DNA of 33,831 bases from Octopus sinensis (Eukaryota), in contig NW_021832074.1 of the NCBI RefSeq assembly GCF_006345805.1, positions 1-33,831 of the forward strand. The letters are read 5' to 3'. Shown piece by piece: positions 1 through 11,586 of this stretch. A model generated the notes under the pieces. That model worked only from the letters and a program-made list of their open reading frames with translations, made no database searches and had not been told where the DNA came from. Position numbers and translations under genes: made by a program. Each line of letters opens with the position of its first letter. Positions within the stretch are counted from its first letter, which is position 1.

Positions 1-383
1 CAGCTACAACAACAGCAATAAAAGAGCAATCTTCTGCGCTAGAAACACAATCCCTTGGTTGAAAACCATGTTCTACCAAACAAGGAAGCCTTCAAGCTGA
101 AGCATAAAGTCTGCATTATTTGGTCAGAGGCAGACACTAAATGCAACCATAGTATAGGCGATGAAAAACAGATACTTAAATTCTCAAAGCAAAGGCAGTA
201 TTTAACAGCCCTTATGTATACCGAAAATTGCCTGGTGGGTAAGTGGTAAAGCTATGTGGCACGTTTGTAGACGGAGGGAATATGAAACTATGGTGATTTT
301 GTGTTTTAAGGAAGTCGAATCAAAACCGTATCCATATCTATCATTACTTGCACTTCCAAACAGAAAATATCATAATCCTCATA

Positions 384-618
384 GTGAAGGTGGCGAGCTG
401 GCAGAATCATTAGCACGCCGAGTGAAATGCTATGCGGTATTTCGTCTGCTGCTACGTTCTGAGTTCAAATTCCGCCGAGGTCGACTTTGCCTTTCATCCT
501 TTCGGGGTCGATTAAATAAGTACCAGTTACGCACTGGGGTCGATATAATCGACTTAATCCGTTTGTCTGTCCTTGCTTGTCCCCTCTGTGTTTAGCCCCT
601 TGTGGGTAGTAAAGAAAT
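384..618 (+). mobile_element. Full-length ~235 bp SINE (family A)
   Basis: GGCGAGCTGGCAGAATC head, GAGTTCAAATTCC B-box-like motif, GCCTTTCATCCTTTCGGGGTCGAT body, ends AAAGAAATA; perfect 19 bp TSD AAATATCATAATCCTCATA at 365-383 and 619-637; many copies in the window. Confidence 0.9.
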
Positions 619-1376
619 AAATATCATAATCCTCATATACAGAGTGTCGAATGAACAAATTGACATTAAACAACGTGTCATCACACGTGACCAATGGCAT
701 TTTATTATAAAAGTGGAGGAGCAAGGAGAGGTGGAATCAGAACTAATGTTATTCCGGAAAGATCCGGAATTCGCAGTGAAGGAGATCTTGAAACAAGGCA
801 CGCTTGCATTGTCTTCAGACACCTGGAGTTTCGGCTCAGACGGAAACACAGTAGGTGCATAGATTTCTTGATGCGTCCAGAACTCAGTCACTAAGCCTAC
901 TTTAACTCACAACTATTCTGGTGACTAGAACTGCCTACTCATTGGGTAATAATGGGGACTGAAATAGCATCTTAGACGCACATTGAGATTGCATAGAAAT
1001 AACCGATAACCTTGGATAGGTTAAATGCCTTGCAAATCTGTTCAGACCGACCCAACTTTTAGATCGGCATTACATAAGGTCATCCAGATTGTGTTTTGAT
1101 AAAGTTATTCTTAAATAAATAGATAGGACAGAGTTCTGAATACGTATTTATGATCTGCAGAATCAACTTAGATAAGGCACATAGACAGGGAACGACTACC
1201 GGAGCAACAGTTTTAACAATTTAGAGAGGAGTTGACGAGGGTGAACGTCAAAAGCCGGTGTTGGATCACTCTAAAGAGAAATATAGTAAAGTCAGTACAG
1301 TTTAGCAAAGACGTAGCGATCGAAAGTGTTTGGCTGGGGGTGGGACTAGGCTGCAGATTAGCAGAAGTGACTAGAA

Positions 1377-1610
1377 TAAGGCGACGAGCTAGCAGAATCG
1401 TTAGCGCACCGGACGAAATGCTTAGCGGTATTTCGTCTGCCGTTACGTTCTGAGTTCAAATTCCGCCGAGGTCGACTTTATCTTTCATCCTTTCAGGGTC
1501 GATAAATTAAGAACCAGTTACGCACTGGGGGCGATGTTATTGACTTAATCCCTTTGTTTGTCCTTGTTTGTCCCCTCTATGTTTAGCCCCTTGTGGGCAA
1601 TAAAGAAATA
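1377..1610 (+). mobile_element. Full-length SINE (family A)
   Basis: Highly similar to 384-618; perfect 14 bp TSD AGAAGTGACTAGAA at 1363-1376 and 1611-1624. Confidence 0.9.
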
Positions 1611-2349
1611 AGAAGTGACTAGAACAGGATTTGTAACTGACATTCTGGTAGAAAAAATGGCGCTTGACTACACTTGGGTGCGAGACACGGAGGCTGCATT
1701 GCCAGGGCTAAGTACTACAAGTTTCAAGACAAAGGAGCGAAAGCTGTTCGATAGGTTCCGCCCGAGGAGGCGCGATGGGACAAAAAAAGAAAACAGCAAC
1801 AGTTTGGTCTTTGACGGATCAAAATGGAGGCGAACATCACAGAGTAACCAGCTCCATTATCAAAGGCATAGTAACTGTGAACATCCAGTCATTTTAGCAA
1901 CATATCTTCGACTATATTGTCGGACGACTTATTCCATATTATTTTTAGAAAAGAGAGAATTTGGTTTGAGAGGCGTATGACAGGTTTTACTAGCAGATCA
2001 AACTACAATAGAAACACTCCCTTGTGGTTGTACACCAAGGTGGTCTTACACGCCATCAATATGCACATTTCGCTGGTGTTTGATACTCTGGTTATTATTT
2101 TTTGAGTTGTTGGAAATCTCATCCAATTTCTTCGGATAATTTTATTGCCTCCGTGAAAATCGATTTGAAATGTTGCGCACGATCACAGTTAGTAGGATCA
2201 CGTGGCAGTTTTTCCTGTGAGTTGGAAAAGTAGTAAGTGATATTGATAACTACGATTTTTTTTCTTTTTTCAAAATCTACTCGAGATACCACACACCCTT
2301 CATAACGCCACCACCCTTCTATCTCTACGGTGTATTGTAACTGGATGTC

Positions 2350-2961
2350 AGACACACACACCCACAGATGTATATGTATATGTATAAGTATATGTATAAA
2401 TTATATATATATATAATATATATATATATATAATATATATATATATATAAAACATACATATATATATATACACACACACACATATATAATACATATTATA
2501 TCTACACACACAACATATATATATTACATATATATATATACACATACATATATATACATATATATATATATACATATACACATACATACTATATATATAA
2601 TATATATATATATATATCACGCACACATACTCACACACACATACACACAGAGAGAAAATAGGCGCTTAGCACAGTTGCTAGAGCGCTCGATAGATTGCTA
2701 AGCGATAATCATATATGTACAAGCATACATATCCACACATACATACATACACACACATACATCCATACATAATCCATCCATACATACATACATACATACA
2801 TACATCCATACATACATCCATCCATACATACATACATACATACATACATCCATACATACATCCATCCATCCATACATACATACATACATACATACATACA
2901 TGCATACATACATACATACACGCATACATACACACATACATACATGCACGCACACATACAT

Positions 2962-3012
<51 letters not shown>

Positions 3013-3045
3013 CACATACAGACAGACAGACAGACAGACGGACGT
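2350..3045. repeat. Compound microsatellite block (CA)n/(TA)n, (TACA)n/(TCCA)n, (GACA)n
   Basis: Direct reading; short unique spacer at about 2645-2715. Confidence 0.95.
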
Positions 3046-3334
3046 AAATGTAATTTAATCTCTAAGATAGGCAAGATCCGAAATACGAACAAGGCAGGGA
3101 GAGAGTCGATTATATCACTACCTGTCCTTGACAAATCCTTTAATTTATGGGCCGTCAAAAAGATGGAAGAAAAGGAAATTGGACACAATATACAGGAAGA
3201 CGTAAGGAAACACCGCAACACATTTTGTTCGACGCACCAATGAGATTCAGCCACCCAATCACCTTAGATTTATCACGTGATATGAGATACTTATTTTTTT
3301 TAAATCTTTGTTTTTGATTTTTTTTTATCAGTGA

Positions 3335-3732
3335 CTAGCAGTATCGCCCGGCGTTGCTCGGGTTTGTAAGGGAAATAACTATATAAGCATTTTTAGAGAT
3401 GTAAAGTATAATAGCCATCTCAATATGGCTAACCACAAAGAGGGGGGGGTACTGTAGCTTTTTACGTTCTGAGATTTAATAATACATTTTTAGAGAGTTA
3501 CTTCCTTTATATAATAGCAAAAAAATGCATTAAAAATGGGAAAAAATTATGGTAATTTTTTTTTTAATCGTAGACTCATCGTAGACGCGCGCTAATACCC
3601 AGAAGGGCTCGATATGAATCACGACTATAAGATACCCGCTTTTAGTTAAACTGCACCGCAAAATGTGGGAGTAGTTTGGGATCTAAATCGTAGGAGACAG
3701 ACAGCACACAACCTCTCTTTTATATATAAAGA
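3335..3732 (-). mobile_element. Non-autonomous Helitron (~398 bp)
   Basis: Minus strand reads A|TCTTTATATAT...CCCGAGCAACGCCGGGCGATACTGCTAG|T: 5' TC, 3' CTAG, subterminal GC-rich hairpin (3347-3362), insertion between A and T, no TSD. Confidence 0.75.
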
Positions 3733-3744
3733 TTTGTTTCAATC

Positions 3745-4160
3745 AATAAGCTGCGGCCAGGCTGGAACAACTGCCTTTAAGGGTTTCAGTCGAACAAATT
3801 CACCCCCAGTACTTATTTTGAAGTCTGATATTTTTTCTATCAGTTACTTTTGCCGAGTCTCTGAGTTACAGGAACGTAAACAAACCAGTCCCAGTTGTAA
3901 AACGGCGGCGGCGAGCGACAAAACATAGACACAGACATGTATGCACACACACACACACACACACACACCACACACACACACACACACACAGATAAGAGAG
4001 ACTGAGTGTGTTCATCCAAACACTTTCAGTTAAGGAAATCCACTTACAAGACATTTGTCGGTTAGGGTCTAGAGTAGAAGTCACTTGACCAAAGTGCCGT
4101 ACAGTGGAATCGAACCCAAAACGACGCGGTTGCAAAGTGAGCTCCTTAACCACATACCCA
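3745..4160 (-). mobile_element. Diverged SINE (family C) with internal (CA)n
   Basis: Colinear but diverged similarity to 12455-12853 (CTGCGGCCA.GCTGGA.CA 3' part, internal microsatellite, CAGTGGAATCGAACCC tRNA-like head). Confidence 0.65.
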
Positions 4161-4221
4161 TGAGTAGAAAATTTGAAGTTTTACGGTTTATATAATTTAG
4201 ATCCGTTACATCGATCACAAT

Positions 4222-4750
4222 ACTATACATACATACACATACATACATACATACAACCATACATACACACACATACATACATACATACATACATACACAC
4301 ATACATACATACATACATACATACATACATACATACATACATCATTCATGCATGCATACACACCTACATACAAACATGCATGCATACGTACTCACACATA
4401 CATACATGCATGCATGCATATATACATGCATAACATGCACACATACATATATGCATGACACACACATCCATCCATCCATACATACCTAACAACCTACGTA
4501 CATACATACAGTCATACATACATATTATATATACATATATACATACATACATACATACATATATACATAGATAATACATACACACATACATACATACATA
4601 CATAAATACATACATACATACATACATACATACATAAATACATACATGCATACATACATACATACATACATACATACATACATACATACATACGTACACA
4701 TACATACATAAATACATACATACCATACACTAGATACATTCATACATATA
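4222..4750. repeat. (TACA)n microsatellite tract
   Basis: Direct reading. Confidence 0.95.
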
Positions 4751-4754
4751 CTAT

Positions 4755-4880
4755 CGAGGTCGACTTTGCTTTTCATCTTCTTGGGAGGGGGTCGATCAAA
4801 TAAGTACCAGTCGAGTAGTGGGGGTCGATGTAACTGACACCCCCTCCCCTCGAAACGGATAGCATTACGCCAAACCTTAG
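4755..4880 (+). mobile_element. 5'-truncated family A SINE fragment
   Basis: CGAGGTCGACTTTGCTTTTCATC...GTCGATCAAATAAGTACCAG matches the family A body. Confidence 0.7.
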
Positions 4881-5179
4881 AAGGAATATTCCTCCTTGAA
4901 ATATAATTGTATGAGTTGTGTAGAAATGAAATTGTAACTATTGTGAAAATGTAATTATAGAAATGAAAGTAAGAAATATAAATACAAACTCAGTAATAAC
5001 TACTTTTATCGAATTTAAGAACATTCCAATAAATGTATTCGTATGTAATCAACAAATATTTATTTTTTTTTTATGCAAATTTCTCATTCCATCCGAAAAC
5101 GCTTCACTGAAAGGTCCTGAAAGATCGCACGTGGGTTTCCGGGTTTCAGGGCCACCGTAGCTACTCTACATTATTCAGT

Positions 5180-5247
5180 ACACACACACACACACACACA
5201 CTTAAACACACATACACACACTTAAACACACACACACACACACTTAA

Positions 5248-5321
<74 letters not shown>

Positions 5322-5330
5322 CACTCGCAC
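5180..5330. repeat. (CA)n tract with recurring CACTTAAA interruptions
   Basis: Direct reading; three CACTTAAACAC units. Confidence 0.9.
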
Positions 5331-5947
5331 ACAAATATGATAATCAATAATTCATGATTTTTTTTTCTCATTTCCTCCATTAACCCAGGTTTTGAAATAA
5401 TTCGATAATTTAAAGTTTTCCTTCTTCCAATAACTCACGTTTTCCGTTCAATCAAGTGAAATAACGGGCAATAAAAACGAAAACTACACCAAAAACAAAC
5501 CAAAAAAAAAAAAACACTCAGAGAAAAATCGCCATCTTAAATCCCCTTATATAAATTAAATTTGAATTTCAATGATAAATCCATCAATGAGAGATATTTT
5601 AGAGATATCTCAGTCAGAAACAATTGTCTGAATAGAGTGGAAATTAATTTGTAAAGAAAATTAAAAGGAGATTTGTAATTAGATATAAAAATGTGAGTAT
5701 TTAGACAACGACAGCCTTAACTACATCGTTGAATGTGGGGAGGGGGAGGGGGAGAGGGGGAGTGGTGTGTGAGTGTGTGATTGGCTGTTTGTATATGTGT
5801 AGGGAATTATATAGGTATGTTTCTTTGTATTTATATATTACATATATAAATACAAATATGTGCAACTAGATATATGTAATATATATTAATGTGTATAATA
5901 TATTTATATACATATATATGTATATGTTTGTATTTATAAAGATATGT

Positions 5948-6003
<56 letters not shown>

Positions 6004-6137
6004 CTGACCTCCCCGCACGCACACACACACACACATTCCCCTCTCACTTTCTTTACCATACTGTCTTTGATAAACTCTCCATCTTTAAAAAACATTATTC
6101 TTCTACCTTACTACTTCCGTCTTCAGTATGTGACCTC

Positions 6138-6334
6138 GTGAGTAGTACCACTGGCGATTTTTTTCCTCTGTCTTCCCTTCTCGGGATCTTTCCTTCTCCT
6201 ATGTTTCGACGAAGAGTTCCGCTCGAAACGTTGAACCCTCTTCTTCCCTTCTTTCCTGAGCGTCCATATACTATATTTGTTCCACTGGTCTCCTTGCGTT
6301 CTTGTGTTTTTTGTTTTCTTGTTTGGATTAACTT
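6138..6334 (+). mobile_element. Dispersed ~200 bp repeat (family P1) with hammerhead-like motif; probable Penelope-like pseudo-LTR remnant
   Basis: Clearly homologous to the reverse complement of 15579-15783; both abut (TA)n; motif GTTT-CGACGA-A-GAGT-TCC-GCTC-GAAACGTT-GAAC at 6203-6236. Confidence 0.6.
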
Positions 6335-6555
6335 TATATATATATATATATATATATCTATATATACCACCACACACCACCACCCACCAACACACACACA
6401 TATATATATAAGAATTATCTCATATATATAGGGAACCGTTGATCTTGTGCGTATTCTACCTTCTTCGAGATAGCATGGTGAGGTACGAGGAAGATTTAGT
6501 TACTATTTCTTGCACCCAAATGACCGTTGAGAGTCCTACCGGTTAGGCTCTTAAT

Positions 6556-6621
6556 ATGTTGGTTTACGGTGCCGAATCGTGGGAGTTGGCTTCTGGCTTC
6601 ATGCTCTTGCTTGATGGGACT
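6556..6621 (+). pseudogene. Possible RTE-clade LINE RT C-terminal remnant (MLVYGAESWELASGFMLLLDGT)
   Basis: Resembles the LLYGxExW...LDGT motif of RTE-type reverse transcriptases; only 22 codons. Confidence 0.3.
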
Positions 6622-6775
6622 GGGGTCATTATTGAAGATGAATTTGAACATGGTGGAAATCATAGAAATAGGGTTCGCTGAATCGCCGGAATACCTTGGG
6701 TCCTCAGAGTATCTAGGGCAAACCGGTTTTGAGATGATTTTTCTTTTTTTAACTTTTTTACACCCACCTTAATAA

Positions 6776-7174
6776 TGTGGATGGAAGCACTCCGTCGGTT
6801 ACGACGACGAGGGTTCCGGTTGATCCGAATCAACGGAACAGCCTGCTCGTGAAATTAACGTGTAAGTGGCTGAGCACTCCACAGACACGTGCACCCTTGA
6901 CGTAGTTCTCGGGGATATTCAGCGTGACACAGAGAGTGACAAGGCCGGTCCCTTGAAATACAGGTACAACAGAAACAGGAAGTAACAGTTAGAGAAAGTT
7001 GTGGTGAAAGAGTGAAAGAGTACAGCAGGGATCACCACCATCCCCTGCCGGAGCTTCGTGGAGCTTTTTTAGGGTGTTTCGCTCAATAAACACTCACAAC
7101 GCTCGGTCTGGGAATCGAAACCGCGATCCTATGACCGCGAGTCCGCTGCCCTAACCACTGGGCCATTGCGCCTC
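6776..7174 (-). mobile_element. Full-length ~400 bp tRNA-derived SINE (family B)
   Basis: Minus strand GGAGGCGCAATGGCCCAGTGG (A box) ... GGTTTCGATTCCC (B box); 15 bp TSD CACCCAC(C/T)TTAATAA at 6761-6775 and 7175-7189; probably one of the described octopus OR1/OR2/OK SINEs (recall only). Confidence 0.9.
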
Positions 7175-7799
7175 CACCCACTTTAATAAATCACCCACAA
7201 TAATAAATCAGAGATTTATTATTGCTTGTATATACTTTTTCAAGATCAGTGAAGAAAAGTTACTGGAAAAAGGATATTAATATTTGTATTGGGAACTCCT
7301 TTCATCGAAAACCGGTGATTGTCGTGCGCTGATGACGGGTCAAGACACCTTTTTTTAACAACGTCAATTTAATGGCAGGAATGAGCTCGTGTACAGCCAC
7401 ATACATTTGGTCACTATAAACAAATCATTTGTGCAGATCGTTCAGTAAAAATCTCAACGTTCGTATATCGTCTTCGACAGAAGATTCTATCATTGTGTGC
7501 TTGCTAGAACTGGGTCAAAGAAAGAGAGATGGCAACGCAACTGTAGAGTAACGATTTTATTGGGCGCAATGTATGTGGTTCAGTGTTACGCAGAGGCTAT
7601 CAGTTTCATCGCGAGCAGAAATCGTTGATCTGTGAAATTTTGAGAAATTGAATTTGTATCTGTTTGACCCAGAAACGTGTTGCGTTGAGTGGTTATTTCT
7701 TTTGCGGGAAGAGGGCTTTTTTTATATGTTTCTGCTTATTAGATTTTTTTTGTGACTTCTCTTTCGAAATGTACGTGTTGAGATCAGAGAGAGATATAG

Positions 7800-7970
7800 A
7801 GTCTGTGTGTGCGTGCGTGTGTGTGTGTGTGTGTATACGTGTGTCTGTGGCTGTGTGTGCACGTGCCTGTACGTGTGTGTGTCTGTGTGTCTCGTGTGCG
7901 TGCGTGTGTTGTGTTTTTGTGTCTGTGTGTGCCTGTGTGTGTGCGTGCGTGTGTATGTGTGCGTGTGTGA
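7800..7970. repeat. Imperfect (GT)n microsatellite
   Basis: Direct reading. Confidence 0.95.
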
Positions 7971-8924
7971 GCAGTATGACGGGTTATAAGTGAGTGTTCT
8001 GTGATTAGAATGACTAAATTTTAATTGGCCATTCGGTCGTCGGTGGGGTGTGAATGGTTTTAGTGGTATCGTAAAAATAAAAAAAAATAGAACAGTAAAT
8101 ATTGTCCCAAGTCCGAGGACACATAGAAATGTTTGCCCTGTTCTCACGGCGAGTAAGTGACCAAGATAACTCCTATCCTCTGAAGAGCTCCCCTGTCCGT
8201 CGCAGGGTTACTTATTTACAGTTGAGCGAACAGGAGCGACGTAAAAATGAAGTATTTCAAGGACCCAATGCGCCCTCTGGTGCTGCATTCAGAATCAAGA
8301 TCTTGCGATTGTGAAAGCAATGCTCCTCACCACTACGCCCCGCACCTTCACCATCGTAAATGAGCACGCCTGAGATTTTATTTTATGCAAATGAAGTTCA
8401 CTGAAGCATAAAAATTCATGTAGATATTGATCAGTTTAGGGATCTTATAGAATTTTTAGGGATGGAAAAAGTAAAATGATTTTTGTGTTTTTATGTTTTT
8501 TTAAGAAAATTAATTATAGGACGGAGAGTGTGAGGTACCGAGGGTGGAGAGATACAACACATCTGAAATGCATGCTGGCGTAAGTGGAATGCAGATGAAT
8601 TCTGGAGATGGTTCGGGCTAATACCGCTCGTTAGCAGTCTAATTAAATTTTGTTAATTAATATGCCTCTATTTAAATCTAAATTTGATATTTTTTTCATA
8701 ATCACTCTTTTGAGAATATCTTCATAAATCGTCAAGGGCATTTCTCACCCCCCCCCCAAATATATGTGGATACACGTGGCTGCGATTTACTAGCCGCGAA
8801 ATACGGAGCTTTTACATGCATGCATACATACATACATACATGCATACATACACATAAACACACACACAGACACAGGCACATATATTTACATACCTATATA
8901 TATGTGATACACATGTATCATACA

Positions 8925-8967
<43 letters not shown>

Positions 8968-9383
8968 TGGAATATAATTCCAAAACTTACAGGGAAAAAT
9001 TCAATTTAGCAATTTTAAATCAAATTTCACAATATATGTATATAATGCATATAATTTAGAGAAAGGCCTCTGTTAAACAATTCAATAAAGAAAGATGTTA
9101 TTCACACCATGTAGAAAACATATACTATAAAAACCTTATTCTGAAAATCAATATTCACACACTCTATATCTCTCTCATCTCAACACGTACATTTCGAAAG
9201 TGTAGTCGCCAAAAAATTAGAAAAATTTTTTCTACCTATTATATACGTTATTATTATTATTTTTGCAATTTACTTAATCGTTACATTTTATTGTTATTTT
9301 AATTTTAACTTTTCTATTATATGTAATTTTCTAGATGGTGTAATTTAATTGTTCATTTTGAATTGATAAAGATGGGTTTTTTC

Positions 9384-9426
<43 letters not shown>

Positions 9427-9437
9427 TATATATGATA

Positions 9438-9474
<37 letters not shown>

Positions 9475-9486
9475 GGAGTTAAACAA

Positions 9487-9676
9487 TAAATGTGAAACAA
9501 GGTGGAAACAGAGTACTCAAATACCAGTGGTAGAGTAATATGCTTTATTTAAAGCAGCAGAAAATTCACAAAACCTGTTACTCTATATTCACAATATTCT
9601 AGCAAAAATGTCCGACGAACGGGAAGTGAAACTCAGAGTAACAGGCTTGTTATTTTCTGCTGCTTTAAATAAAGTG
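9487..9676. mobile_element. Family P2 repeat with an inverted partial copy (arms 9543-9584 and 9635-9674) and hammerhead-like motif at 9608-9644
   Basis: 9487-9584 matches 28166-28270; 9605-9676 is an inverted copy of the same family; flanked by (TA)n. Confidence 0.65.
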
Positions 9677-9677
9677 T

Positions 9678-9720
<43 letters not shown>

Positions 9721-9724
<4 letters not shown>

Positions 9725-9870
9725 TCATCATCATATATAATCATCATTTAGCGTCGTTTTCCATGCTAGCATGGGTGGGACAGTTCAACTGGGGTCTGTG
9801 AAGCTGGAAGGTTCATCAGGCCCAGTCAGATCTGGCAGTGTTTCTAGGCTGGATGCCCTTCCTAACGCCA
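9721..9870 (-). mobile_element. 3' tail of a SINE/LINE retroposon ending in (GAT)n
   Basis: Minus strand TTGGCGTTAGGAAGGGCATCCAGCC...CATGCTAGCATGGAAAACGACGCTAAATGATGA, then a GAT repeat tail. Confidence 0.6.
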
Positions 9871-9889
9871 ATATATATAAACATGTATG

Positions 9890-9960
<71 letters not shown>

Positions 9961-10814
9961 TATATATAATATATTCGATATCGAGAAATTCGGCATTCTG
10001 AAAGCAAGTGTTCTGAGCCCGTGTCATTTATTAAATTTATTGCTAGGAGATAAGAGACCACTCGGCTACATGTGTTTCTAGCTCAACCGCCGTTATCATC
10101 ACGACAGTTGATCGACCATATCTCAAGTGGTCAAAGGACTTAGACTTATCAAAAAAAAAAAAAAAGAAAAAAATGGAACCTATCTATACTCTAGGCATTC
10201 TGCATATTTTTTCTGTCATGCAGTGGAATCGAAAGTGGAATCGAAACTGCGAAGTTATGAAACGAACTTGTTAACCCCACCGCCACGCGCTTGCTTTGCG
10301 CTCACTAAACAGGTAAGAATTCTCAATATTAAATATTTTTACTGACAAAGCAATATATCCTCGAGCTATGTTGAAATGCCATCGACTGAAGCCTGTCTCT
10401 TGTCATCTGAAGTGTTATCTCAAGTACTGAGATAATAAGATGTTCTAAAATCACTCGAAATTCACTGTTGTTGTTATTATTATTGTTGTTTAACCCCAGG
10501 TAAGCCTTCTAACGAGCATGCTTATGATCACAGGCAAACTGGCCGTATCCACCCTGTCCCTGTCTTCTTTCGGTGTTTCATATCTGTCGGCCACACTATT
10601 AATTTTGCCAGCACACGGCCCATATATAAGATCGCAGTTGGCGTGAATATAACTGAATGCATACGATTCATGTAGAGAAGGTATCGGTAGTTATACAATT
10701 TATTGATCTTTATCGGCGAACGTTTAGCCAGTGAGTTCAAATCCTGCTGGCGTTCACTTTGTCTTTCATACTTTCGGAGCACCAACTTTAGTCGAGGAAA
10801 TCGGGCGAAATACC

Positions 10815-11187
10815 TATTTCTTTACTACCCACAAGGGGCTAAACACAGAAGGGACAGACAAGGACAGATAAACTGGTACTTATTTAATCGACCCCGGAAG
10901 GATGAAAAGCAAAGTCGACCTGGGCGGAATTTGAACTCGGAACGTAACGACAGACGAAATACCTATTTCTTTACTACCCACAAGGGGCTAAACACAGAGA
11001 GGACAAACAAGGACAAACGGATTGAATTGATTATATCGACCCCAGTGCGTAACTGGTTCTTAATTTATCGACCCCGAAAGGATGAACGGCAAAGTCGACC
11101 TCGGCGGAATTTGAACTCAGAACGTAACGGCAGACGAAATACGGCTACGCATTTCGCCCGGCGTGCTAACGTTTCTGCCAGCTCGCC
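10815..11187 (-). mobile_element. Head-to-tail tandem family A SINE: full unit 10964-11187 plus partial unit 10815-10961
   Basis: Two TATTTCTTTACTACCCACAAGGGGCTAAACAC tails joined through GAAATACCTATTTC. Confidence 0.85.
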
Positions 11188-11222
11188 GACTTCAGCTATA
11201 CAGGAATAATAAAGCACAACAA

Positions 11223-11433
11223 GGCCGTGAGCTCGCAGAATCGCTACCCGCCCCGGACAAAATGATTAGCAGCATTTCGTCCGCCTTTACGTTCAGTATT
11301 CAAAAGCCACCGGAGTCGACTTTGCCTTTCATCCTTTCGGGGAGACTCAAATAAGTACCAATTAATTACTGGAGTTGATGCAATCGACTTATACCCTCCT
11401 CTGAAATTGCGGGCCTTGTGCCAAAATTTGAAA
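11223..11433 (+). mobile_element. Diverged family A-related SINE with a different 3' tail, head-to-head with 10964-11187
   Basis: GAGCTCGCAGAATCG head, GTCGACTTTGCCTTTCATCCTTTCGGG body, tail CTGAAATTGCGGGCCTTGTGCCAAAATTTGAAA. Confidence 0.7.
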
Positions 11434-11490
11434 TCCAGTAATAAAGTACAGTCGAGGAAAGGTGAGTATTTGATTCGACCTAGCCTAGCG

Positions 11491-11586
11491 TTTGTCTGTC
11501 CTTGTTTGTCCTCTCTGTGTTTAGCCCCTTGTAGGTAGTAAAGAAATAGGTAGTTCGTCTGCCGTTACGTTCTGAGTTCAAATTCC
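11491..11586 (+). mobile_element. Permuted family A fragment (3' tail followed by internal segment)
   Basis: ...GTAGTAAAGAAATA-GG-TAGTTCGTCTGCCGTTACG...; flanked by 8 bp direct repeats GCCTAGCG (11483-11490, 11587-11594). Confidence 0.75.

Noticed and set aside
43-238. Possible exon ending at a GTAAGT donor (239), using ORF 55-249
   Set aside because: Weak acceptor, no recognisable protein, and it lies in the presumed decayed-element block
10190-10318. Apparent exon with a CAG|GTAAGA donor
   Set aside because: The sequence is a decayed antisense SINE head; no coding support
10703-11209. 168 aa ORF with an internal repeat
   Set aside because: Antisense read-through of the tandem family A SINE
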